From the NCBI GenBank assembly GCA_965199715.1, contig OZ241322.1:384001-448000 (forward strand): a stretch of 64,000 nt of DNA, given 5' to 3'. This DNA is from Vicinamibacteria bacterium. GTDB taxonomy: Bacteria > Acidobacteriota > Vicinamibacteria > Marinacidobacterales > Marinacidobacteraceae. The notes beneath the pieces were generated by a model that made no database searches, was not told where the DNA came from, and saw only the letters and a list, made by a program, of their open reading frames with translations. How positions within the stretch are numbered: the stretch's first letter is position 1; each line of letters begins with the position of its first letter. Shown here piece by piece: positions 1 to 8,117 of this stretch. The translations under genes were made by a program, and so were the position numbers.

Positions 1-328
1 GGCGGGCCTCGATCCCGGCGATCGCGGTCTCCGCCTCGAGCCGCGCCGCGCTGAACACCTCTCCCGGAACCGCGCGCAGCAGTTCCAGCGCCTCGGCGTC
101 CTCGCCGATCTCGATGTGGATGCGCGCCCGCATCAGCGGCGCCCCCGGCCCGAGCGCGTCCAGCGCCTCGTCGTAGCGGCCGGTGAGCCGCAGCGTCTCG
201 GCCAGCCCGAGCGCCGCGTCCGCGTCGGGGAGGCGCTCGCGGAATCCGGCCTCCGCCTCCTCGTAGTTCCCGGCGGCGAGCGCCTCGGCCGGCTGGGCCA
301 GCGCAAGAACCGCGAGCGCGGCCAGCAT
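1..328 (-). CDS. Secreted TPR-repeat protein, N-terminal part (runs off the window start)
   Basis: ATG at 328 overlaps the upstream TGA (TGATG). Translation MLAALAVLALAQPAEALAAGNYEEAEAGFR...ALGLAETLRLTGRYDEALDAL gives a signal peptide plus TPR-like helices. Not in the ORF track. Confidence 0.7.
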   Translation of the reverse strand, partial: MLAALAVLALAQPAEALAAGNYEEAEAGFRERLPDADAALGLAETLRLTGRYDEALDALGPGAPLMRARIHIEIGEDAEALELLRAVPGEVFSAARLEAETAIAGIEAR

Positions 329-1251
329 CAGCCCGGCGGCTCCTGGAGCTCCTCGATCCGGTCGCCGATCTCGGCGATCCGCAGCAAGAGCTCCTCGAGC
401 TGGGCGAAGTACTCGTCCTCCTCGAAGTCGTCCCGGAGCGCCCGGAGCGTGTCCACCCGCGCAGCGAGCGCGTCCCGCTCCTGGATCATCCGGCGCAGGT
501 CCTCCCCCGCGGCGGCGAGTTCCGGATCCCCGAACGGGAGGCGCCGCGCCGCCAGCGCTCCGTCGGACTCGCCGCCGACCCCGTCCCCGTCGTCGTCGAG
601 CACCGCGTGCTCGGTCTGAAGCAGCCCGGCGTCGCGGTACTCCCGCTCGGTCCCGGCGCGGGCGAACTCGAACGCCTCCAGCACCGAGATCCGGCTGTCG
701 CGGTTCCGATCGGCGGCGGCGTCGGCGTCCGAGGACGAGAACGCCTCGACGAAGTGCCCGGCGAACCGGGTGGCGCCGGACTCGTGCTCGCGGCTCGCGG
801 CCACGAGGACTCGGCCCGGCGCGGCGAGCGCGGGCAGGAAGGCGGCGGCGGCGCTGCCCAGATGCGCCACGGTGACCGGCGCGCCGTCGAATCGCCCCAG
901 CATTCCGCCCAGGTCCTCGGGCCCCACGTCCGGGCCGGGTAGGTGGAACCGGGCGCCCCGGCCGGTGGCGCTGCCGTGGCCGATGAGGACGAGGAAGAGG
1001 CCGCCCGCGGGATCGGCGACGGCGTCGATTTCGGCGCGAATCCCGGCCGCCGTGCTGCGGCCGTCGGCGAGGCACGGCCTCGGCTCGTCGGGAACGCGCT
1101 CAGCGAGCACGCGAACGACGGGCGGATTCGGCTGGGCGCGCGCCGCGGCGCACAGCTCCTCGGCCCAGCCGGCGAAGCGCTCCTTGTAGCGGGGGTCGGC
1201 CCCGACCCCGGCCACGATGAGCACGGTCGCCTGCGCGAGGACCGCGATCAC
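328..1251 (-). CDS. Caspase/C13(legumain)-like fold hypothetical protein with C-terminal coiled coil
   Basis: C-terminal 307 aa of ORF 328..1884; GTG start overlaps the upstream stop (GTGA). Motifs LVLIGHG, VLVAAS, DRNRDSRISVLEAF, EHAVLDDDGDG. Confidence 0.7.
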   Translation of the reverse strand: MIAVLAQATVLIVAGVGADPRYKERFAGWAEELCAAARAQPNPPVVRVLAERVPDEPRPCLADGRSTAAGIRAEIDAVADPAGGLFLVLIGHGSATGRGARFHLPGPDVGPEDLGGMLGRFDGAPVTVAHLGSAAAAFLPALAAPGRVLVAASREHESGATRFAGHFVEAFSSSDADAAADRNRDSRISVLEAFEFARAGTEREYRDAGLLQTEHAVLDDDGDGVGGESDGALAARRLPFGDPELAAAGEDLRRMIQERDALAARVDTLRALRDDFEEDEYFAQLEELLLRIAEIGDRIEELQEPPG

Positions 1252-3566
1252 GGCAACCCCCAGCGGTTGCGCAGCACCCACTCGCCGCCGAGCAGCGAGG
1301 CGACCAGCAGGAAGAACGCAGGAACGAAGGCGAGCGGGCGGCGCTCGGTCACGGTGACCCCGGCGTCGGCGATCCGAAGCCGCTCGAGCGCCTCGTCGAT
1401 CTCGTCGGCCTCGAACGCCCGGCCCCCGGTGGCCTCGGCGATCCGGGCCAGAAGCGCCCGATCCGCCTCGGCGTCGAAGTACTCGTCGGTCACGACCCCG
1501 GTGCGGAACCGCGCCCGCGCCGGCTCCGGCGCTTCGGCCCCGAGGGTCCGCACCTCGACCTCGTGGATTCCGGTATGGGTCCCCTCGTACGCGCCGGCGT
1601 ACTCGCCGTCCTCGACCCCCGTCCACGTGAGCGGGACCAGCTCGCGCGAGCCGTCCGGCCGGGTGACCGTGGCCTCCACGACCGCGTCGTTGATCTCGAG
1701 GAAGCGCTCGTCGCGGACGGTGGCCGTGATCCGGATGCGCTCGCCCGGAGGCGCTTCCTCGGGGTCGGCGGCGGCCTCCATCCGGCGAGGGGTCTCCGCG
1801 ATCAGCCAGCGCAGGAGCCGTCGCCAGAGGACCTCGTGGGTCTCGTCCTCGAGCGGAACCGACGCGTGCATCTGCCACGTCCACAGGTCCTGCGCGGTGA
1901 GGCTCGCCGCGCGACCCCGCCCGAACCGCTGGTAGAGGAGCACCGGTTCAGCGGCGTCGCTTCCCGGCGTCACGCCCTCGAGCAGCACCACCGCGCCAGG
2001 CTTGGCCGCGCCGGCGCGGTTCACGATGGAGAGCGGCGGCAGGCCGCGGTAGCGGTCCTCGTTGCGCTGCGGATCGGGGTCGAGGCGGACCACTGGATGC
2101 CCGGCGCCGGCGCGGGTCGGAAAGACGTGGAGCTCGCGGAACACGGGAGCGGCTCCGCCCGGGATCGCTGCGTCCTCGGGGATCTCGGGCAGCGCGAGCG
2201 GGAGGACCTCGGCGATGGCCGTGTCCCGGTAGCCGCCCTCGGCGAAGGAGGCCCCGCCGCCGAGCGTGAGGAGGCCGGCCCCCCGCACCGCGACGAAATC
2301 GCGCAGCATGTCGAGCTGGTCCTGGTTGAAGAAGCTGGCCTCGACGGTCCCGAGAATCACCGCGTCGAACTCGTACAGCTCCTCCCGCGAGTCCGGAAAT
2401 CCCCCGGCGAGCTCCTCGGCGCTGTCCACGTCCACCCGGTAGAACTTGCCCTCGGCGGTGCGCACCATCCCGAGCACCCGAAGCTCCGGATCGGGAGCGA
2501 CGGCGCGGCGGCGAAACTTGAACTCGAAGCGCGGCTGCCCCTCGAAGTGGAGCAGCCGGACCGTCCGGGTCTCGACGTCGAGCAGCCGCTCGCGCTCGTT
2601 GTTGTGCGTCAGCATCTCCCCCGGGAACGGCGCCGCCCGGAAGCGCAGCCGCCGCAGGCCGCCCTCCTCCGCCGGGAACGGGACGGCCGCGGTGGTCTCG
2701 AAATCGTCGCCGACGATGGGGATCGAGCGCGTCGCGGCGATCCGGCCCTCGTCGAGGACCTCGAGGCGGACGACCTCGCCCTCGAGGCCGCGCGCCCGAA
2801 GCCGCACGTGGACCTCGAGGCGCGAGCCCCGCAGCGCGCGCGGCGGAAGGTCGGGCTCGCCGAGCGCGAGGTCCCGCTCGAAGGACTCTTGGCCGAGCAT
2901 CACCGGGAACACTGGGACTCCGGCCTCCCGCAGCGCGAGCAGCGAGTCCTCGAGCGCGTCCGGGTCCGAACGGGTGTCGGCGCCGTCGGTGAGCAGCAGG
3001 ATTCCGGCGAGCCGCCCGGACGGCGCGCCCTCCATCACCCGGTCGAGCGCGGCGGCGAGGTCGGTGCGGGCGCCGGCGAAGTCGAGGTCGGCGGCGCTCT
3101 CCACCACGTCCGCCTCGTCCGAGAAGCCGAGCAGGCGGGTCACGAACAGCGCCTCGAGATCCTCGCGGAAGCTCCCGGCGTGCTCGCCCTCGGGCGGGAA
3201 CGCGGAGAGGAGGAAGTCGCCGCGCCGCGCCGCGCCGTCGTCCTTGTCGGGAATCCGCATGCTCGCGGAGTCGTCGAGCAGCACCGCGACCGCGTTGTCC
3301 TGGGGTACGACGGTCGAGAGCACGAGCTCGGGACGCAGCAGGCACAGCGCCACGACCGCCAGCACCGCGCCCCGAATCCCGGCGACGACCGCCCGGCGGC
3401 GCCCGCCGAGCCGGCGGTATCCGGCCCGCCCGAGAAGCCGCCACGCGCCCCACGCGGCGAGGCCGAACAGCGCCGGGATCACGATCCACGGGGCCGAAAG
3501 CTCCAGCCGTCCGGCGGCGAAGTGCGCCCACGGGCTCCCGAGCAACCACTCGACGGCGGGGGTCAT
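1248..3566 (-). CDS. Membrane-anchored vWA + class I glutamine amidotransferase-like domain protein
   Basis: 772 aa; N-terminal TM segments, MIDAS-like LLDDSASM and LLTDG, GATase-like FDAVILG...GLLTLGG, C-terminal EWVLRNRWGL. Confidence 0.8.
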   Translation of the reverse strand: MTPAVEWLLGSPWAHFAAGRLELSAPWIVIPALFGLAAWGAWRLLGRAGYRRLGGRRRAVVAGIRGAVLAVVALCLLRPELVLSTVVPQDNAVAVLLDDSASMRIPDKDDGAARRGDFLLSAFPPEGEHAGSFREDLEALFVTRLLGFSDEADVVESAADLDFAGARTDLAAALDRVMEGAPSGRLAGILLLTDGADTRSDPDALEDSLLALREAGVPVFPVMLGQESFERDLALGEPDLPPRALRGSRLEVHVRLRARGLEGEVVRLEVLDEGRIAATRSIPIVGDDFETTAAVPFPAEEGGLRRLRFRAAPFPGEMLTHNNERERLLDVETRTVRLLHFEGQPRFEFKFRRRAVAPDPELRVLGMVRTAEGKFYRVDVDSAEELAGGFPDSREELYEFDAVILGTVEASFFNQDQLDMLRDFVAVRGAGLLTLGGGASFAEGGYRDTAIAEVLPLALPEIPEDAAIPGGAAPVFRELHVFPTRAGAGHPVVRLDPDPQRNEDRYRGLPPLSIVNRAGAAKPGAVVLLEGVTPGSDAAEPVLLYQRFGRGRAASLTAQDLWTWQMHASVPLEDETHEVLWRRLLRWLIAETPRRMEAAADPEEAPPGERIRITATVRDERFLEINDAVVEATVTRPDGSRELVPLTWTGVEDGEYAGAYEGTHTGIHEVEVRTLGAEAPEPARARFRTGVVTDEYFDAEADRALLARIAEATGGRAFEADEIDEALERLRIADAGVTVTERRPLAFVPAFFLLVASLLGGEWVLRNRWGLP

Positions 3567-3573
3567 CCGGCTC

Positions 3574-4452
3574 TCAGTGGGTCATCGCGTAGATGATGAA
3601 GTTCACTCCCATTTCGTACGCGTAGTTCGAGAAGTGGAGCGGGTACCACGGATTCTCGGCCCACTCCCATGCGTCGCCGAGGTCGGTGTTCCAGTTGATG
3701 ACGACCATCAACCGGCGCTCCTCGTCGAAGATCCCGCGGACTTCGGGGATGTAGCCGTCGCGCTCCCACGTCGGCCCGCCCCGGATGCCCTGCCCCACGT
3801 TCGGCACCTGCACGACCTCGTCCACGTTGTAGAACGACCGGAACAACGGGTGGTCGAGGGGCACGTCCTCAATGGGGTATTCCGGCAGCACCCGGCTCAT
3901 CTGGTGGGCGAAGTTGGCCCACTCGGCGGAGCCCCAGAAGTCGTCCACGACGAGAAAGCCGCCCGAGAGCAGGTAGCGCCGCAGCCCCTGCACCTCGGGC
4001 TCGCTCATGGCCATGTACCCGACCTCGACCGTGTAGAGGAACGGAAACCGCCCGATCTCGGGGTCCGTCAGGAGCACCCGGTTCTCCATCGCGTAGGCGT
4101 TCAGGTTCGTGAGCCTCCGGACCCCGACGAGGAACTGCCGGTCGGCCTTCGGGAAATCCACGTGCCAGCCCCGCCAACCGTATCCCGACCACGCCGCGCG
4201 GGTGAAGTAGAAGTCGTGCCCGGCGCGGCGGGGATCGCGCAGAAGCGGGTCGCCGAGCGTCTCGCCGGTCGCTTCGGCGAGCATCTGGCGCAGCCGGTCG
4301 GCGGTGGCCTGCCCCCGGCGCTCGCGCTGCTGGAGGGGTTCGGCGGGCTCCGCCGGACTCCACCCGGGCCGATCGAAGAGGAGGGCCGCGGCTCCCGCGA
4401 ACGACGCGAGGAGACCGCCGCCGGCGAGCAGGAGTAGCGCCCGGCCGGCCAT
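3574..4452 (-). CDS. DUF4159 domain protein
   Basis: WHVDFPKAD, FPFLY, LRRYLLSGGFLVVDDFWG, DHPLFRSFY, NTDLGDAWE, MGVNFIIYAMTH. Confidence 0.85.
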   Translation of the reverse strand: MAGRALLLLAGGGLLASFAGAAALLFDRPGWSPAEPAEPLQQRERRGQATADRLRQMLAEATGETLGDPLLRDPRRAGHDFYFTRAAWSGYGWRGWHVDFPKADRQFLVGVRRLTNLNAYAMENRVLLTDPEIGRFPFLYTVEVGYMAMSEPEVQGLRRYLLSGGFLVVDDFWGSAEWANFAHQMSRVLPEYPIEDVPLDHPLFRSFYNVDEVVQVPNVGQGIRGGPTWERDGYIPEVRGIFDEERRLMVVINWNTDLGDAWEWAENPWYPLHFSNYAYEMGVNFIIYAMTH

Positions 4453-4542
4453 GCGCCAAGCCTATCTTGCGCCGCCGCCCGAGGGGGCGGCCGCTGGTAC
4501 GATTCGGCGCCGGCGAAACCCCTCGCCCGAAGGAGAGTCCCC

Positions 4543-5607
4543 ATGCGCTTCTCGCTGCTGAACGGGATGATCGTCGCGACCGCGCTCGGAATCGCCTGCG
4601 GCGGCGGCGAGGCCCCCGTGGAGGAACCCGAGGCCCCGGCGTTCATGCCCGGACCTCCCTCGGACTTCCAGGCTCCGACGACCCCCGACGACAACCCGCA
4701 GACTCCCGAAAAAGTCGCGCTAGGCAAGCAGCTCTACTTCGATCAGCGCCTGTCGGGCGACGGCTCCCGCTCCTGCTACTCCTGCCACCTTGTCGAGAAC
4801 GGCCTCACCGACGGCCTGCCGACCGCCATCGGCGCGTTCGGTCGCCAGCTCAACCGGTCCAGCCCGACGCTGTGGAACATCGCGTACCACACGCAGTTCT
4901 ACTGGGACGGCCGCAGCGACTCGCTGGAGGGCCAGGCGCGCGCGGCGTGGACCGGCGGCAACATGGGCGCGGACGCCGACGCGGTCGTCGAGACGCTGAA
5001 CGGGATCGAGGGGTATCGGACCCAGTTCGAGGCCGTCTTCGGCGGTCCGGCGACGCCCGACAACGTGGTCCAGGCGATCGCGGCCTTCGAGCGCGACGCG
5101 CTCTACTGCGGCGACACGGCCTACGACCGGTGGCGGCGCGGCGACGCCAGCGCGATCTCGGAGGAGGCGATGCGGGGCGCCGAGCTGTTCACCGCGGGCG
5201 CCGGTTGCGCGACCTGCCACAGCGGGGTGCTGTTCACCGACATGCTGTTCCACAACGTCGGGATCGGCATGGACGCCGAGGATCCCGATCTCGGACGCGG
5301 CGGCGTGACCGAGATGGACGAGTGCAGCACGACCTCCGACGAGCCCTGCCAAGGCGCGTTCAAGACCCCCACGCTGCGCGACGTCAGCAAGAGCGCGCCC
5401 TACTTCCACGACGGCAGCGTCGCCACGCTGCGCGAGGCCGTGGAGATCATGGCCAGCGGCGGGATCCTCAACCCGTACCTCGATACGGACGAGCTGCAGG
5501 ACCGCAACCTCTCGGACGCGCAGATCGACGACCTGATCGCCTTCCTGCACGCGCTCGACTGCGAGAACGGCGCACGGATCTTCTCCATGCCGGAGCTTCC
5601 CGAATAG
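4543..5607 (+). CDS. Diheme cytochrome c peroxidase (CcpA/MauG family), probable lipoprotein
   Basis: LGKQLYFDQRLS, CYSCH, FYWDGR, CATCH, FKTPTLR, APYFHDGS; lipobox-like LGIAC; AGGAG RBS upstream. Confidence 0.9.
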   Translation: MRFSLLNGMIVATALGIACGGGEAPVEEPEAPAFMPGPPSDFQAPTTPDDNPQTPEKVALGKQLYFDQRLSGDGSRSCYSCHLVENGLTDGLPTAIGAFGRQLNRSSPTLWNIAYHTQFYWDGRSDSLEGQARAAWTGGNMGADADAVVETLNGIEGYRTQFEAVFGGPATPDNVVQAIAAFERDALYCGDTAYDRWRRGDASAISEEAMRGAELFTAGAGCATCHSGVLFTDMLFHNVGIGMDAEDPDLGRGGVTEMDECSTTSDEPCQGAFKTPTLRDVSKSAPYFHDGSVATLREAVEIMASGGILNPYLDTDELQDRNLSDAQIDDLIAFLHALDCENGARIFSMPELPE

Positions 5608-5619
5608 ACTCCCCGGCCC

Positions 5620-5919
5620 ATGAACCTGAGCTTCGTCGGCGGCGGCGCCAAGTGGACGGGAACCGCCCGGATCGCCGAGAAGGGCGAGAAGGACAAGCAC
5701 CAGCCGTGGGACGTGCTGGTCAGCCCCGACGGCGGCGATCAGGTCGAGGGGGTGTTCCTCGTGACCGATCTCGCCGCGTCCTCGGCCGCGGACGGCGGCG
5801 ACGCGGACGAGCGCCTCGCCCAGGCGTTCGGCCGGGCGCTCACGTCCGAGCTGCAGATGCGCCGACTGTCGTCCGGGTTCCGGTTCGTCGTGGACCACCG
5901 CTGGGTGGTCGGTTACTAG
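5620..5919 (+). CDS. Hypothetical protein (99 aa)
   Basis: Coding-like codon usage; follows the peroxidase by 12 nt; hairpin GCGACGC-ccg-GCGTCGC downstream at 5933-5949. Confidence 0.6.
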   Translation: MNLSFVGGGAKWTGTARIAEKGEKDKHQPWDVLVSPDGGDQVEGVFLVTDLAASSAADGGDADERLAQAFGRALTSELQMRRLSSGFRFVVDHRWVVGY

Positions 5920-5999
5920 CGGAGCGGACCCCGCGACGCCCGGCGTCGCATGAATTGGGCATAGCCAGCCGGCATGCACCGTTTGTTGCGCGCCGCCTG

Positions 6000-6868
6000 A
6001 TGGACGTATTCGCCTTCCGCGAGGAGGTGATCGCGGAGTAGGGGTTCTCGCGCAGCTTCACGCGGATCGCCGCGTCCGACGTCAAGAACACGGTGGACGC
6101 GACCTACGCCGGCGGCCGCTTCTGGCCCTCGCCGCTGATCGAGTTGGACCCGAACTTCGAATCGGGCGGCTACGTGGACGACCTCGTGGACGCGGGCGTC
6201 CTCCATCCCGAGTGCGGCCGCATCTTCCGGATCAAGGGCGAGGACGGCCCGCCGGGCGACCCGATCCGGCTGCACCGGCGTCAGGCGGACGCCGTCGCGA
6301 TCGCGAAGCGCGGCGAGAGCTACGTCCTGACCACGGGCGCCGGCTCCGGCAAGTCGCTGGCCTACTTCATTCCCCTCGTCCATGACGTGCTTCGACGCGG
6401 GCGCGACAGCGGCGTCAGGCCATCGTCGTGTACCCGATGAACGCGCTGTGCAACAGCCAGCTCGGGGAACTCCAGCGCTTCCGGCAGCGAGGCTGCGGCG
6501 AGGGCCGGGAGCCGGTCACGTTCGCCCGCTACACCGGCCAGGAGTCGATCGAGGAGCGCGACCGGATCGCCGCGAACCCGCCGGACGTCCTGCTCACGAA
6601 CTTCATGATGCTGGAACTGCCGATGACGCGGTTCGTCATGGCCGACGAGGCGATCCACAACGCCTGCGCCGGGCTGCGCTTCCTCGTGCTCGACGAGCTG
6701 CATACCTACCGGGGCTGCCAGGGCGCCGACGTGGCCATGCTCGTGCGCCGGGTGCGGGAGCGATTCAACGACGACCTGCTGTGCATCGGCACGTCGGCGA
6801 CGATGGCTTCCGAGGGCCCGGCGAAGGACCGCAGCGGCGAGGCCGCGCGCGTCGCGAGCCGCCTGTTG
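6000..6868 (+). pseudogene. DEAD/DEAH-box helicase (large defence-island type), truncated pseudogene
   Basis: MDVFAFREEVIAE*GFSRSFTRI has an in-frame TAG at 6039-6041. Walker A TGAGSGKS, then a 1-nt deletion near 6420 before IVVYPMNAL, then RYTGQE, LLTNFMML, LDELH and TSAT. Ends abruptly after RVASRL. Confidence 0.85.
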
Positions 6869-7130
6869 TGGAGCGCGAACGCGATGTCTTCGGATCCCGA
6901 GGGGTACAACCCGCACTCGTCGATCTCGGTCTCGCGGACGACGCAACCGCGCCGTCCGGGCCGGAATCCCCACACGCCGAGCTGATCGAAGTCCAGCGCG
7001 ACGCGGCCGCCGCGCAACTCTTCCGGAACGAGCGAACGCCGGACGACGGTCGCCAACGCCTCCAGCATCCAGATGCTGTGGATCGTGACGAGGAGCCGGA
7101 CGCCGTGCTTCGCCAGCGCGACCAACGCGG
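6866..7130 (-). pseudogene. C-terminal fragment of an ABC/AAA-type ATPase
   Basis: LAKHGVRLLVTIHSIWMLEALA resembles the H-loop region (vTTHS) of AAA_15/AAA_21 ATPases; no Walker A/B part upstream. Confidence 0.5.
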
Positions 7131-7828
7131 CGCATGAGGGCCTCGAGCCGCACCAGCTCTTGATCCCGGGCCTTCCGCCGGCTCTCGCCCGAGACCAGCC
7201 CGGCGGCCCTCCCGAACTCCCGCCGCGTGTGCGTCCACGTGGACTCGACGCCGATGATCCACTGCTCGACCCTGAGCCGCTCCGCGGGATCGGGGATCGC
7301 GGTCTCGACGGCGGCGGCGCTCGTACGCCTCGTGGTCACCGGCCAGAACGGCGTGTCGCCACTTCATGGACGCGCACACCCGAACGAGGTTCTTCGCGGG
7401 GCCGTTCGCGTACGCGAGCCGCTTCTGCTCGAGCCAGCGCCCGCCGGGCGTCCGTTCGTGGAGCCGTCGCTTTCGCCCGCCGGTGAACACCACGAGAACG
7501 TCGTGCTGATCGCTCTCAAAGAGGCTTCCGGACGAGCTCGGCTCTCCGCGAGGAGGCGCCAAGAGGCGACGACTCCGGCAGCCTCCTCCCCCTAGACACG
7601 ACGTCTGGCGCCGTGTCATGATGCGCGGCCCGGCGCGATCGTCACTCAAGCGCCCGGCCACGCCGGAGTCCACACGGTGCTGCGCGTGCTTGAAGCCGGC
7701 GCGGTCGTGGACCGGATTCCGCACTCCGTCGAGGGGTTCAACTGGCAGGTCGGCGGGCGGCTGGGCCGGCTACCTGCCGGCTACCGGATCGGCCCCGGTA
7801 CCTTCACGATCCGGTGATCGCGGAGGGC

Positions 7829-7993
7829 ATGACGGCGGCCGGCGAGCGCCGCTGGGCGGCGAGGTTCGGGGCGGTGGCCCGCCACTACCAGCGGCGGCAG
7901 GACAAGCTGCGGGACTGCCCCTCGTCCACGCACTGGGCGGAGGTGGCGGAGCGTGAGGCCGAGGCCCAGCGTCTGGATCGGACGGTCGCCTAG
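7829..7993 (+). CDS. Possible small protein (54 aa)
   Basis: GGAGGG just upstream of the ATG; MTAAGERRWAARFGAVARHYQRRQDKLRDC...; below the ORF-track size cut-off. Confidence 0.3.
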   Translation: MTAAGERRWAARFGAVARHYQRRQDKLRDCPSSTHWAEVAEREAEAQRLDRTVA

Positions 7994-8117
7994 TGGCGGC
8001 GGGCGGCCGAGCGCGCCCTGGTCCGCGCCGCCGGGCTCGAGAGAGGCGGAATCTCCCGCCCGAACCCGAATTTGATATAGGGATGAAATCTCTTTACGGT
8101 GATATTCGTTTGACGCG

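Noticed and set aside
328-1884. ORF-track N-terminal extensions (also 10165..12027, 30520..33093, 51443..53080, 56666..59545 and others)
   Set aside because: The extensions overlap upstream genes; true starts were re-assigned at stop/start overlaps or motif boundaries.
6039-6041. Stop-codon recoding (TAG here and TAA at 52993, both at probable Tyr positions)
   Set aside because: Both genes also carry frameshifts, and TAG/TAA terminate normal genes in this window; point mutation from TAC is simpler.
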